Positions 1-13,269 of a stretch of DNA of 64,000 nt are shown here, piece after piece. Made by a program: the position numbers and the translations under genes. Every line of letters starts with the position of its first letter. Positions within the stretch are counted from its first letter, which is position 1. Source of the stretch: Lama glama (lineage: Eukaryota); NCBI GenBank assembly GCA_028534125.1, contig CM052816.1, forward strand, positions 68,016,001 to 68,080,000, read 5' to 3'. The notes beneath the pieces are model-generated. The model ran no database searches, was not told where the DNA came from, and saw only the letters and a list, made by a program, of their open reading frames with translations.

Positions 1-262
1 GCAGCTTCCTGGGAGGAAGAAAGCATGCATTATAGGGGACTTGGGAGCCAGAAGGATCTGAATTTAAATCCCAGCTCCTCACTTTCTAGCTCTTGGACAT
101 GTTACTTAACTTGTCTGACCATCAGTCATAGTATCGAGCCTGAGGTTCAGGTGAGGACTCAATAAAATCAAGTTACACGGCACTTGACACACATGTACAC
201 AGTAACTTCTTTCTCTTCTTTTTGAGACTTCCGATACAATTGTATTCATGTATGTGGATGAA

Positions 263-513
263 CATAATAATATTAGTTAATGTTGAATAACAACCATGTA
301 ATGGATCCTGTTATAAGCTTTATGTGTATTAATTTATTTAATCCTCACAGCAGCCCAATACAATAGGTACTATTATCCTAGTTTATAGATGTGAAAACTG
401 AGGCACTGAAAGATTAAGTAATGTGTCTAAGGTCATAGAGCAAGCAAATTGCAGAGTTAGGATTTTTCAAACCTGGGACTCTAGGTCCAGAGCCTCTATT
501 ATTACACTGCACT
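263..513 (-). mobile_element. MIR SINE, near full length
   Basis: Antisense MIR core: 'ttaatcctcacagcagcc...tttatagatgtgaaaactgaggcactgaaagattaagtaa...aaggtcatagagc'. Confidence 0.85.
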
Positions 514-575
514 GGTTAGAACATTAATAATGTATTATCACATTTTATATATTTCTCAGGAACATAGGGGTAGGA

Positions 576-603
576 GTGTGTGTTTGTGTGTGTGTATGTG
601 TGT
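576..603. repeat. Imperfect (TG)n microsatellite
   Basis: gtgtgtgtttgtgtgtgtgtatgtgtgt. Confidence 0.85.
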
Positions 604-2019
604 AGTGTGGAAAATAGGGAATCTGAGCAAGTTGGGTGGGTGCCCATGCTCTGCCTACACCCGCCAGTCTAAATGTAGAATAGCTTTTCCTTAAGAACAT
701 TCATGAGTGCAAACAAAGCAGAAGGCCATTGACCATCCACGGCCAGTAGCTACAGCTGCCATCTCTCCTAAGTGTCACTTAGGACTGAAGAACAAAAATA
801 GTTTCTGAACTAACCTAGTTTAAGGTACAGAGATAACTATTGTTCTTTACAGTTTGTTGTAATTTCATACCAGTTGCTTCACATAATCCCATTTTACCAA
901 TGGTGATATGCAGGAAGAACAACTTGCCAAAGGTTGCCCCGCCAGTAACAGGAGAAAGCTACTGAGTCAGTTTTCTTTCTACCATATTGCACAAGTCTTC
1001 CCTTCTTGGAGGAGTAAAGTTGTCACCTGATTCCTACTCTCTATTTTTGTTTTAATTTTCACTCTCTTTCTGGAAGCCAAATTGACTCTTAGAAAGGTGA
1101 AGAGTATAAAGCAGAGAGTAAGTAGCAAAGCCTCAAAGAGAAAGGTGGAGGAGCAGCAAGGCCTGGGCCTGGTGGCTGCTATGCGTGGAGGCCCTGGCTG
1201 CTGACATTGGATGTCCTGTAAGCAGCCAACTGATCCTTTTTTTTCCCTGCAGGGCTTCCATTGTTAATCTTGAGTGGACATTGGTTGACTGCTAGAGCAG
1301 AGCTCCAAATGTTCTGTGCAGCAATGACCTTGACACAGCACAGGAAAAGCACTCAGCTCTTGGCACTGCATGGTGGTTTTTCCCTAGTGCAGATTGGCCC
1401 TGGCCTTCCCCATGGAAGGAGGTAAAATGCAGAAGAGTGCTATTGGGTTTCCCAGGACTTTGGGCAAGTTCTCTATCCAGCTGACTGCAAGTCAAGAACC
1501 TATATCTATTCTCAAGTTCTTGCTATTGTTTTCTGTTTCTTCAGCCTAAGGGTCTGTCTTTCTTCCCAGGGGAGGGAAAGAGAGCTGGCATTTTTGCTTA
1601 TCCAAATATGTATATCTACAGGTGGCTCAGTCCTGGGCACCGTGCACCCTGTTAGGTAACCAGGGAGCTTGTCTTTGTTCAGGTAAACTTGGAAAGTGGA
1701 GCTAGGAGGCTGTGTGAAAGTATTCTAGGTGGAAACAGCTTGTTTATATAAATCTTGCCCTAGAGAAAAATTTGTTGGGAAAGCTATGGCTTGTTGCTGT
1801 AAAGCACACTTTTTTCTTACTCTGTTCATTATGTTCAACATCATTTTAGTATTTTTTAATTAAGCAGTCCAATTTATTATATTGTTTTAAATTAGCTTAT
1901 TTTCTAATAATCTCATCGATTTTGTCTACTTAGGTAAACTCTTTTAAGAATATGAAAAAGAACCTTTCTCTTGTTTTCTAGTAATCCATCGCATAACTAT
2001 AGTAGGTAATTATTCTTTT

Positions 2020-2557
2020 TGACCACCCTTCATCTGAAGCTCTTCCTCTCTTTTAGGAAATCTCTATCCATGAGACAGAGTCCAGTTCCTCCTATTGAAG
2101 GTGAAAATCCCAGACACTGGATTTCCTAGTCTCTCTTATAGTTAGGATATAGACATATAATTCAGGTACTACCCATCAGATGGTCCTTGCAACTACTATT
2201 GTTCTGAAGACGAGAACATGCAGAACCCATGCTGATGCTGAATGTTGGATACGGTGGCAGCTTCTCCAGCTCCTGGAGGCATCAGGGTCAGCGGTCCTAG
2301 CATTCAAGGACCTGTGCTGCCAGTGCTGGCGGTGGAAGCTGTAATATCCAGGCACAGGGGGGTGGCTCTGCTATCCTCAGTGGATAAATCCTGCTGCAGA
2401 ACTTACAACAGTATTCCTGGCTGCACAATTTTCAAGACTATTCTCTGGACCCCTAGAAATTCTTTGGGTTACCCAATGTCCTTTCAATAAATTCCTCTTC
2501 TTAAATTAGCTAGAGCCTATTTTTGTTCCTTGCAACAAACCATCGCAAGAGATACAA
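2020..2557 (+). mobile_element. ERVL solo LTR (LTR33-like)
   Basis: 3' end 'aataaattcctcttcttaaattagctagagcc...ttgcaac...gataca' resembles the LTR33/LTR16-group terminus. Confidence 0.6.
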
Positions 2558-2840
2558 TGTTAAAGCAAACACTCAATAAATACTTGTTAAATGAATAATT
2601 AAGAACTTCTAACATTCCCCCCTGTCCTAATGAAATTCAAGACCCTCCTAAAGAATATGTACATAAATAGGGAGGGAAAAATGGGTGCAGACTATTTGGG
2701 GAACAAAAAGTAGGAGAGCAGAAAATTCACACTGAAGTGTAGTAGGAAATGAGGCTGCAAAACTAGGTTGGGGAGATACTGTGGAGGATTTTAAAAAGCC
2801 AGGCTAAAGAGTTTGGAATATATTTCCAGGGGTGTGTGTG

Positions 2841-3340
2841 NNNNNNNNNNNNNNNNNNNNNNNNNNNNNNNNNNNNNNNNNNNNNNNNNNNNNNNNNNNN
2901 NNNNNNNNNNNNNNNNNNNNNNNNNNNNNNNNNNNNNNNNNNNNNNNNNNNNNNNNNNNNNNNNNNNNNNNNNNNNNNNNNNNNNNNNNNNNNNNNNNNN
3001 NNNNNNNNNNNNNNNNNNNNNNNNNNNNNNNNNNNNNNNNNNNNNNNNNNNNNNNNNNNNNNNNNNNNNNNNNNNNNNNNNNNNNNNNNNNNNNNNNNNN
3101 NNNNNNNNNNNNNNNNNNNNNNNNNNNNNNNNNNNNNNNNNNNNNNNNNNNNNNNNNNNNNNNNNNNNNNNNNNNNNNNNNNNNNNNNNNNNNNNNNNNN
3201 NNNNNNNNNNNNNNNNNNNNNNNNNNNNNNNNNNNNNNNNNNNNNNNNNNNNNNNNNNNNNNNNNNNNNNNNNNNNNNNNNNNNNNNNNNNNNNNNNNNN
3301 NNNNNNNNNNNNNNNNNNNNNNNNNNNNNNNNNNNNNNNN
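2841..3340. other. Assembly gap (exactly 500 N)
   Basis: N run; the left flank ends in a TG repeat and the right flank is L1. Confidence 1.
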
Positions 3341-3590
3341 TTCTTTTCTGTTCTCTTGATTTTTTTTTTGTCTAGTATTTTGCTAATACCACACTGTCTT
3401 GATTATTGAAACTTTTAGTAAGTCTTGAAGGCAGGTAGTATCAATCTTCCAGTTTTGTCCTTCTATTCGATATTGTGTTGGCTATTCTGGATCTTGTCCC
3501 TCTCAAATAAATCTTTGAGTCAGTTTGTTCATATCCAGAAAGTAACTTGCTGGGGTTTTTTATTGGGATTACATTGAATTCATAAATCAA
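3341..3590 (-). mobile_element. Old L1M ORF2 fragment
   Basis: 'taccacactgtcttgattatt...agtaagtcttgaa...ttggctattctgg...attgggattacattgaat' is antisense L1 ORF2. Confidence 0.8.
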
Positions 3591-4822
3591 AAAATAAGAC
3601 AAAGAGTTTGAGGTCATAAGTGATTTTTCCCAAAGTCATACATCTTGATTCAGTAGTGGAGTTGAATTAAAACTGATCCTAGTGGCCAATCTTCTGAAGT
3701 ACATTGGTTAATCAATAAAAAGGGACTCTTTTGTGAGTTTTGTTCCCTAAATTTCAGGAGGTTAATCTGTAGTGTGGATTGGAGGTAGGCCAAAGAAAGT
3801 GTCAAGCTCTATCTTAAAACAGGTCTCGGGAACTGTGCAAAAATGACACTGGCCATTCACACCTGGTTTAGAGTATAATGTCAAACTTTCAGGAACATAA
3901 AAGAATCCTTCATGTAAAAATTTTGGGAGAATAATGCATAAAATATTAGAAGATTCTTTAGTATTTCACATATGTGAGTTTTCCTCTCCAATGATTTGAC
4001 ACCTGCCATTAACTCTCTTTTTCATCAGTAACTGATAACCTCATAGGGATGGCATTTCTCTCTGCTGCTGCTAGGAATGGCCAAGGTCACATTCCAGAAA
4101 AGGATGCTTGCCTTGCAAAGCATACCATTCCTGGGGAGAGATAGAGAGTTAATGTTTGAAGATACTGTCAACTTCATTAACAACTAACAAACTTACCTGT
4201 CTTTTACTGTTGCTACAACTTTAATCTCCTTCCAAGAAAAGTGATAGTACAAAATGGAATAAAGCTGCTCAAACAATTAAAGAACAATGGCTTTATAGAA
4301 TTCAATCCAGTCTTTTGAAGACTATTATTTGTATTTGGGGGTATGTGGGTTTTATATGCCATCTATTGAGTATCTATTTTTAAAATGCAGTGTGATTTAT
4401 TCAAATCCTGGACATTCTTTTACTTGACAATGCTGGGAGTTAAGGGAGATGGCAAAAATAAAGAATCGGGAACGATGTCACTTGTGGTTTTCTTCTAGTT
4501 TTGCTGACACTGCTTAAGTCAAGGAATCCTTGAATTTTAGAGCCAGTTGGAAGTTGAGGGAATGTATCCAACCCACCCTTTTCTTTATCTAATTCAGGAA
4601 ACCATTGCACAACAATCCTAACACATAGTTCTACAACTATGCTTGGGTGTCTCTGATGATAGGACACTCAATATTGCAGGTGGCTATCAGGCTATTATTA
4701 AAACACTGTAATATTTAAACAAAGTTATTTTCTTATGTTGACCAAATTTGACTCTGCAGTGTCCCCTCATTGGCTCTAGTTCTGTTGCATATGGAATTAT
4801 GTGGGATAAATCCTATCCAATG

Positions 4823-5050
4823 AGCAATATAGTAGAGTAATGATGATCATGGCTCTGGAGTCACATCGCCTGGTTCAAATCCATGACCCCTTTTCACTGA
4901 GTACCTGTATTTCAGTGTCCTCACCTGGAAAATGTGAATTCTAGTAGTGCCTACTTCATAGGTTGTTATGAGGAAGAAATGGGTTTATATGTGAAAGAAT
5001 TTAGAGCAATATCTGGCACTTGGCAGATGCTCAATGAGTATTAGCTACTG
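4823..5050 (+). mobile_element. MIR SINE
   Basis: 'ggctctggagtca...ctggttcaaatcc...cctacttcataggttgttatgagga...ctggcac...gctcaat'. Confidence 0.85.
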
Positions 5051-5638
5051 ACAATGTTATCTTTATTATTTCACCTTATATACCACTTCTTTTCAGAAAA
5101 TAGTGCTATTTAGAGTACCATACTGAATGTATTGTGAGGTTTTGTTTGGTGAATGCCATGATTGATAAGTAATGTCTGCCAAGGCCAGGAAAAGGGAAAA
5201 TGATACCACATATGCCAGATATTTGTGATTTGTGATCCAATTCTGTTTTCATGACAATCCTTCAAATATCTAATGAAACAGGCATTTTCCTACCTTAGCC
5301 TCTTCTCCTCCAGGCTAAAGCACCTGGTGGAAATATTGAACTCTATTTTTGAAAGCTGCCAAAAGATGGGCCCTCAAGGCACTTTGAAATGGGCTTAAAA
5401 TAAGAGCAAGGGAGAACATTTTATCTTTTCATTTATTACCTTTTATGAAATGCTTCTGAATACTCAAGACTATTATAATTATTTGAAGTCTCTGCAAAAA
5501 CACTGGTGTTCCATTTTTCATAACTTAATAATAAAATTAGCTTTCTTCTCCGTACACTCACACACTCCTACATTGGTCTTGCTGTTGGCATACAGCATGT
5601 TTTTATGGAGGGAACCTTAGACTAGGAATTAGGGTGAA

Positions 5639-5790
5639 TGATGGGCTGAATTGTGTCCCCCTAAAATCCGTATGTTGATACCCTAACCTCCAATGTGACT
5701 ATATTTAGAGAAGGGGCCTTCAAAGAGATAATTAGGTTAAGTGAAGTCATAAGGGTAGGACTCTAATCTGACAGGACTGTCATCCCCAAT
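5639..5790 (+). mobile_element. MaLR LTR 5' fragment (MLT1A/B-like)
   Basis: 'tgatgggctgaattgtgtcccc...tatgttga...cctaacctccaatgtgact...ggggcctt...aattaggttaa'. Confidence 0.8.
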
Positions 5791-8368
5791 AGAATACAAA
5801 TCCCCAAGAGAATCTAAGTTTTAAAAAATGGGGGCAGGGGTGAAAGGGAAGCAAAGATAGGTACCTCTTTCTTAAAGACTTTAGACTTTACCTTGTTTAT
5901 ATTTTCCCAAAAAGAATCCTAAAATCATGGTTAGAAAAAGCCTAAGAGGTGGCCTGGTCCAACCGTCCATTCAATTCAGTGCTCCTAACATTTACTGAGG
6001 GCCCTATCAATAACAGAGTTACTATTTTTTTATAGCCCTAGGAGGTTCAGAAAGAATTTAGAGTGGCTAAAATTACAATAAAATAGCTCCCAACTAGCAA
6101 TCTACTATTTAATTGTTTTCTATAACATCTCAACTCAGTTGTCTTATAGTCCCAAAACAAGCACCTCCAACATTAAATGTCCTTCCATCTGTGGACTTCT
6201 CTGATTAGAGTCAAAGCATTAGAGATAAAGGGTCCTTCAAAATCATCTGGCCCATCAGTACTGCTTTGAAAGTAAGGAAAGTAAAGACAAGAACAATGCA
6301 TTGGTTGTCTAAGGTGTCACAGCTAGAGACAAGCAGTGTTGTATCCAAGTTCCCATCCCCTGACACTTGCCCAAGACCCTGTATGGACCTCTGCTCTGTG
6401 AGGTCAACCCACCTGCAGTTACCCCCAAGTCATGTTCACACATTCTCATCTTGTCTCAGGTCTTGCCCTGAGACATATTGAACAGCATGAACCAGCCAAT
6501 TTGATCAGAACCATCCTAGGATGACTGGTGGAAAATGAGTCTAGTTCATTGTCTTGTGTTCTGTTATTAATACAAAACATATTTTCATTCCTTTCTTCTT
6601 GATTTTGTTATTAATCCTAGGATACTAGAAAGACCCCTCATCTGGCAGTCTTTGCAATTAATAAGACTCAGCTATCCACAAAAGACTGGTTCAAGTTAGT
6701 GTAAGGGATAAGTCAGTGTCAGGAAAAGGAAAAAAGACACCTTATTTTATCCACTGGCCAAGTCCTTTAGTTCAGAATTTAGATCTTCTGTTTTAACATA
6801 CTTTCTACCTGTGTGTTCTCATAAGGCACCAAAGTACTTCAGATTTTAGGATTATTAAGAGACTGATTGTTTGAGTTAACTAATTTATAAAAATATTTTC
6901 CCAAAGGAACAAAAGTGATTTTCTTCCAAAATAAAAACACATCTTATATGGAACTCAGCTGGGATCTCCAGAACTGGATTAATGACAAATAATCCCTCTG
7001 GCTCTGGGACCTGGCTACTTCCTTGATTCTCTGATATTCTCCCTCCGCCTCACTGCCACTCTTCTGGACACTCTCATTGGTCTTTAAAATAATTGACCAC
7101 AGTATTGTTATCAGTCCCATAGTTTCAGTTCTTGTCTGTGTCTGTATTTAGGTTGGAGGAAAAAATCTCTTATCTATTGCCCAGGAGAAAGAGATGTTTT
7201 AAAGTGAGTTAATGAACTTCTTACAGGGGAATTCCAAATGTAATTAATAATCTTGTTGCTATGAAGGAATATGTGCTAAAGTTTATAAAGTGTGGGAGTT
7301 GCTTGCTGGTTGAGTGACCACAATTTTGATAGTCAGATCACAGGTGTATAACCACTTACATGTTCTCCATACATATTGGGCAGGCTGTAGGGGTGGGGCA
7401 GGGGCAGGGCTTGGCTGCCCATATGTGGGAGCAAGCACCACTGTTGTGTTCTAATAAGAACACAGGTCCATTTTAATCAAGAGGAGTGTTGATAAACATG
7501 ATTCTAAAGAGCAGGTGCCAAAGGATTTCTGTCCCCTATAAGAATCAATATCTGATATCAGATTTAGGGGGAAAAAAAATCCATGAATTAGAATGAATCA
7601 TGGGTTCTAACTGGATATCTAATCCAAACATATCATTTTCCTATCTTCCCTTCTGGCTTTGAGGAATTAATTTTTTTTCCTTCTTTATACCATTAACAGC
7701 AAACAATTCATCCAACAAGTCTTCTCACTCTCAGCTGTTCTTGTGTGGAAGGAAAAAGGCATCACTTTGTCTTATCTTATGAATAGGAAGATCCATGTAA
7801 TGATTCAAAGTAGAATAAATCAGAATATGTGGTGAGGAGGCAGCAACAGTAAGATTTTTAGGGGCAGCCCTCAGCCAATAAGTAAAGAGTGGAATTTGTC
7901 CTTCCCTTTCTTTCCCGGTCCCCAAGGAGACCCCCATGCTCTTAATTCACCTAATGGCTGTCCAAGACTCTTGTGCTGCGACTCTCATTAACTCTTCTGC
8001 TTCTATCTCCAGATCATCAAAGGGTGATTGGAGATACTCTGGAAAAGACTCCAGGTCCCAGCCCCTCCCCACGTTCCCTACTCCAAGATCTGCCTGCTGT
8101 CAGTATTGGTGATAAGTAAAATCACTTCTTTGAGGAGTTTTCCTTTCAGTTGGATTACCTCTCGTTAAAACATAAATCCTTAGATGTCCAAGGCATTAAG
8201 CCCTAAGAGAATTTTTTTTCCTTTTTGGGAGGAGGAAGTAGAAAAAACCTAGTGGAGTCTTCTCAAAATTTATATGTATTAGACCTCGCTTCAGACTTTA
8301 GGTACTGATTGCTGAATTCCTTTACCTGACTCATCTTCCAGACATTTTGGCTACATCAATCTCTAATA

Positions 8369-8735
8369 CAGCTGATTCTCAGAGGTAATGAAGCTTACAG
8401 TTTGTGGCCCATCTCTTGCTGGGGCCTCTTCCAGGGCCTTGGTAGGGGCCTTAGCAATGTGTTCAGGTGTTCGTGTGTTTTTGAAAAATTTACAAATGTA
8501 AGATATTTCTATTTTAATTGGCTGATATGACTGTTTCCATTCCCTTATAATTGTTCACCTGTAGGGGATTGAGATGGGGGTCAGGCTGGGAATTCTAAAT
8601 AAATACTCACTTATAATTAAATTCACATCTAAATTAGTATTTGATTTGATACCTAACTATATATTTGCAATTTTAAATTGTATTTTTTACTGTAGGCCCC
8701 CACATTCTTCAGGCTCCACAAAAACTGAAGGCAGG
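8369..8735. mobile_element. hAT MITE, MER53-related
   Basis: 'aatgaagcttacag...ggggcctcttccagggcc' at the left and 'ttcaggctccacaaaaactg' at the right resemble MER53 ends. Confidence 0.45.
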
Positions 8736-9659
8736 TATCTTTGGGTTCTAGGCCTCCTGCAGTTAACTCTCACTTAATCTCATTTCTTCATTCCATTCTA
8801 TCCTGATGTTCAGTAACTTCTAGATTCCACACAATGCCTGGTTTTCCTGGTCCCTCATCATGGCCTGACACAAATCCAACAAATAAAAGGGATAGAAAAT
8901 TGGGAAAATGAGAAAACAGTGAGTTAAGAAAAACAGAAAAAAGAATTGAGATAAATTGCTATGTTTTCTCCTATATCCTGGTTTGGTGGTCCTCATGGTT
9001 GGAGGGTCAGAGGAGGAGATTCCTAAGCTTTTGTTTATTTTAACGGATTAAATAAACTTACCCTGCTGGTTGGAAAGCTAAGCGATATTGTAGCCTGAGA
9101 TGAAAGTGGGGGTAAAGTAAAGGGAGGTGACAGGATGGGGAGTTGAAATAAATCACGGAAAACACATGGTCTTCCGGAAAGGAAATGGAGTTATGAAAAG
9201 AGATGGAAAAACCAGTTCTTCCAGAATAATGCCTTTTGTTGAGCCCCAACGGGAAGCTCAGCTGAGACATGAGGAAGCTGAAAGAATATGATGGACGCCC
9301 AGGTTACCTGACAAGAGGAAAGAGGGCTGAAGGAAAGGCGAACAGTCAGGGAGGACAAGGGGTCACGTTTTTCTTGGCATTGAAATATTTTCAAAGAGTT
9401 ATTTTTCCAAAGTTTCCAAGGAGGATCCTCTACCAGTTTCCAACCTCCATTTGGGATTTGAAACCTCCAGGAAATAAAGCCCCTTCCCATGACCTCTTTC
9501 TTCCTCTGTAAATTAAATCTGGATGCAGAGAGCTGGTTATGCAAAGGCTGGAGCCTTGTGCTATGCCTGAAAGTCTGGCCTCTCTCTGATGCAGTGTTAA
9601 GGGTGGTTCTGCTCCCAATTAACTGTTTTTTAGCAAGTTCAAGGAAATCGTTTAGGTTT

Positions 9660-10340
9660 TTGGCAAGTTGTTTAAAGATTTGGCTTTTGAGTTCTTCCAT
9701 CTGTAAAACAAGGAATTTGGACTAGAATATTTGGCTCTTAACTTTGTTTTGGGGCGGGGTGGGGCTGGTGGTCAAAGACCCTTTTCAGAATAGGCAGAAA
9801 GCTACAGAATTGCTCTCCAGAAACAGGCACCTATACCTGTTCACATATCATTTTGCACACAACTTCATGGGTTCATGGACCCTGCAGTGAACAGTTCTCC
9901 AGTGTAGTTTTCCTCCTTGCAGGAGGATTTATACTCTACCCCACTGAACTAAGGCACCAGCCAGTGAAACGTGAGCAGAACTTCTAGGTGACATGTCTGG
10001 GTTGAAGAGTCAAGAGCAGTACTCTTTTCCTTCTGTACTGAAGCCTGTGATGTTCCTGATGGTGGCTTCTCCATCAGGTCCAGGAATAAGAGTGACAGTG
10101 GTGCAGTGTAAAGTCTGCAGTCAACCTTGGATTATCATGTGGCACAAGTAAGAAACAAGCTTTTGTTGCTTTAAGCTACTGAGATTTTTGAAACTGTTTT
10201 CACAGCATAATTTGGCCCATCCTGACTGCTGCGACTCCTGAATTTATGCATGGACCCTCAAGCTTTCTATTGGCCCTGTGTTATATCAATCCCATGTCTA
10301 AATAATATCTTAAGTCTTTCTATTTCTGAAACTCTAAGAG
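9660..10340 (+). mobile_element. Nested cluster: MIR3-like > MER103-like hAT > MLT1I/J-like LTR (about 9883-10232)
   Basis: MIR core 'ccatctgtaaaacaagg...tggactaga'; MER103-like 'gacccttttcagaat...aaagcta...ttttgcacacaacttc...gggttcatggacc'; MLT1 end 'ttttgttgctttaagctactgagattt...cacagcataa...cctgactg'; the outer elements resume after 10232. Confidence 0.6.
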
Positions 10341-11219
10341 TCTGTGAGACAAATTTAAAAATGCAATTTCAGATTCTTAAATCACCTGAACTCCAACCTG
10401 GTCCACAGGGAATGTCCATTTGGTCAAACGGAGTGTCTTATTTTGGAGTCAAGTTATCAAATCCATGACTGTGTGGGTGACTGGACTGAAAGGCTCACAG
10501 GGCCCAGCTTTAAAAGGCAGTGAGGGGTTGACCAAGGTCTCAGGGATGATCTGCCTGCAACAGTGATGTGAGGGATCACTCCAGCCCTTGGTGTGCTGTG
10601 GACACTTCCCAGCTGTGGACTCACATGCAGAAGAAGAAAGAAATCAAGAAAACAAATAAAAACATACTTCTGAAAGCTTCAAATGACAAAAGAAGCCAGG
10701 TCAAGAGGCAGGATGTCTGCACTTTGTTTCTATTTATGGAACACAAAGTTTAAACAGAGCTTTCCAATCAGAATTCATCTGCCTATTAAAGTTGCCTTCC
10801 AAGTTATTATCTACAAGGAAACCGACAGCATTTAAATCTTTCCCTAGTATTGAGTTTGTATTTAGAGATGTTTCACATGGGTTTAATTTGCTGATCAATT
10901 TTACCTTGTCAGAACAGAGAATGGTCTGTCAAAAACAGGATAAAGCTCATTAGTGCGATGCAGGAGATAATACAATAGAGGGGAGAATAAACAGACTACC
11001 CCGAAACAAGGAAATGAGAGCCGATTCAGGAAGTAAGGGGGAATAGCAGAAAATGATATGGTAGTCTTAGACCAAAACCTACTGAGACATCTGCATGGTA
11101 TTTAGTAAGTGATACTAAAGAGAAAAAAAGTAGGGAAGTTTAGGAGATACAGGTTTTTAGTCTGGAAAAGAGAATAGGGACTTAACAAGTAAGTAGGGAT
11201 TTAACAACTTTTATGTATA

Positions 11220-11375
11220 GTTGTAAAAGTGCTGGACTGAGTGGAAGTCAGGAAACCCAGGGTTTAGACCTGGGTCTGCTCTGGCCTTCTGCTCTAAGTC
11301 TCCGTTTGCTTGCCCATAAATTGAGCAGTTTGGATTATGATGACTATTAAGGTCTTAGCCAGCTCTAGACTCTAG
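11220..11375 (+). mobile_element. MIR/MIR3 fragment
   Basis: 'aaagtgctggactg...agtcaggaaacccaggg...ctctaagtctccgtttgct...ttggattatgatga...taaggtc...cagctct'. Confidence 0.65.
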
Positions 11376-11756
11376 TTTTAGAAAAATATTGTTTATGACT
11401 CTCCATTCTCAAAATCCAGAGAGTCCTAGTACATGAAAAGCTTAACATAAGGATTAATATAAGAATGAATAATTATTTACTTGAATAAACTTCCAGAGTA
11501 ATTATTTATGAAATTTTAGAAACTGGAAAAATCCTTGGAGTTCTTTAAACTTCAGATAGAGTCCATCAGATAGAGGGTTAAGAGATAGACAAGGAGACAT
11601 GTTTGAGGTTTCTTCTAGCTATCAAACAATGTGAAAATATTTTATTATTGTCTTTTAAAGGGGACTTTTACAATGACCAGCCCCTGACAGGAAGGAAACA
11701 AAATTCAAGTCCAAAGTTGATGATGTATTGTCTTTGTAACAAAAAGAAGATGGCAC

Positions 11757-12141
11757 TGTCAACCCAAATAAAGATGTAAACTGAGGCAAGCTAAAATAAC
11801 CAGAAATCAAGTTTACTTGGGAATAGCAGAGGAATTGCAGTCCAGGAAACTCACGCTGAACAAGCTACAGGTGAGTCCATTGAGGGTGTAGAGTGGGCTG
11901 TATTTATGGATAAGGAGTGCAAGGAGGGGGAAGTCCAGCCCAAGTCCAAGCAATAAGTTCATTGGCTAGAGGATGGGGAGAGATTCTTGGCAGATGTCAA
12001 GAGATAAGCATGGGTGTTCTGTAAATCAGGCATTTACCAGAAATCAGTCTTTCAGTTCTTAAATTCCATTCTTCTGAAGACATATGCATGAGTCTCCATT
12101 TCATATCCTCTGGTTCCATTTTAGATTGAAATCCTTTCATA
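11757..12141 (-). mobile_element. ERV1-type solo LTR
   Basis: Minus strand starts 'ta(g)tgaaagga...' and ends '...ttgaca'; near-perfect 4-bp TSD gcac/gtac; poly(A)-signal-like agtaaa and TATA-like ataaata on the minus strand. Confidence 0.6.
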
Positions 12142-13269
12142 GTACAAAGAGAAATCCAGCCAAAACAAGGTTCTAAGTTTGAACGGTACTGTGTTTTTAT
12201 GTTGCCAGGCTTGGTCATGTCTTACTCACAAAAGCTGGCAAGGGGTAGGGTCAGTACCTCCGGTCCTCCTGCCTCACAGCCGAGCCTGGGTGTTCAGAGC
12301 CTGGCCAGTGGAGAAGACAACTCAGCCGGCTGTGGTGCAGCCAACACTAGCAGCCACCTGAGAGCAACTGAGGTTTGATTTTTTCCCCCAGGTAGAGTTC
12401 TTTCCTCCCCTGAAAGGTGTAGCAGACCCTATTCTACACACTAGATAGAAATGTATCCAATCAGAAGTGGCTTCTAGGCATCCTACTCTGCAGCAGTTAC
12501 TTTTTTAAAAAGGCAGCAGGAGAGGAAAATCCCTTGTTGTTTCCCCATTTCAACATCAGGAAGGTGCCAAGAATGAGCCTCCATCACCTACTGATTAGAA
12601 AAAAAAATGTACAGCCAGGGGTGGAACTGGGTCTGTGGGAGCTGTCCTCTGAAATGTCTCTGTAGGGTTAATTCTAAACTGAGAGAAAAGGAACTCCTGT
12701 AAACCTTCAAGACACTAGAATGGTTCCTTTAGTCCCATTTTGAAGTGGCTTCCTTACAACTGGCCTTCAGCCAAATTGGGACACATGGGGTCCCCTCTGT
12801 ATCTTCCTTTCTGATGGCCCCTCCTCTCTGGAGCAAGCTCGCACCCTTGGTTGTTCAGCATCTCTCCAGGTAGATGTCTCTTCCTGGGAATCCACAAACC
12901 ATACTTGGTGTTTCCTAATTGTTTTGAAAATGGCAACACTTTTTTAATGTGAAAAAAAAAGCCAATTATTGCCACTTGATAGTAGTTCACAGTCTGGGGC
13001 CTGATAAGTGAGTAATCAGCAAAGCAGAATAACAAATTTCCTTCATTCTAGGTACCACATGTTTTTCCCATTTGAGCATTTTTGAAATCAGGATGTGTCT
13101 TATAGATTCTAAAGTGTTAGAATTTTCCCTGCTCCCCAAGAAGTCATTGATTTGATGGAATTACAACTGAAAGGATATGAGAGAGAGAGAATATGAAAAT
13201 CCAAGAAACAATTAAAATGTCAATATATTACATACAGCAGAAAATAACAGGCTTAAGATTTTAAATGTT

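Noticed and set aside
2813..3409. Long ORFs of 175-198 aa (also 36418-37011)
   Set aside because: Artefacts of translating through N gaps.
4191..4200. Perfect minus-strand donor CAG|GTAAGT (another near 9056-9064)
   Set aside because: No convincing matching acceptor or exon chain; expected by chance at this window size.
7390..7409. Canonical G-quadruplex motif (another at 61297-61319)
   Set aside because: Isolated G4 motifs are common in mammalian DNA and have no supporting context here.
9191..9700. 169-aa minus-strand ORF, the longest real ORF
   Set aside because: It starts inside a MIR fragment, has no recognisable domain and no convincing splice context; consistent with a chance ORF.
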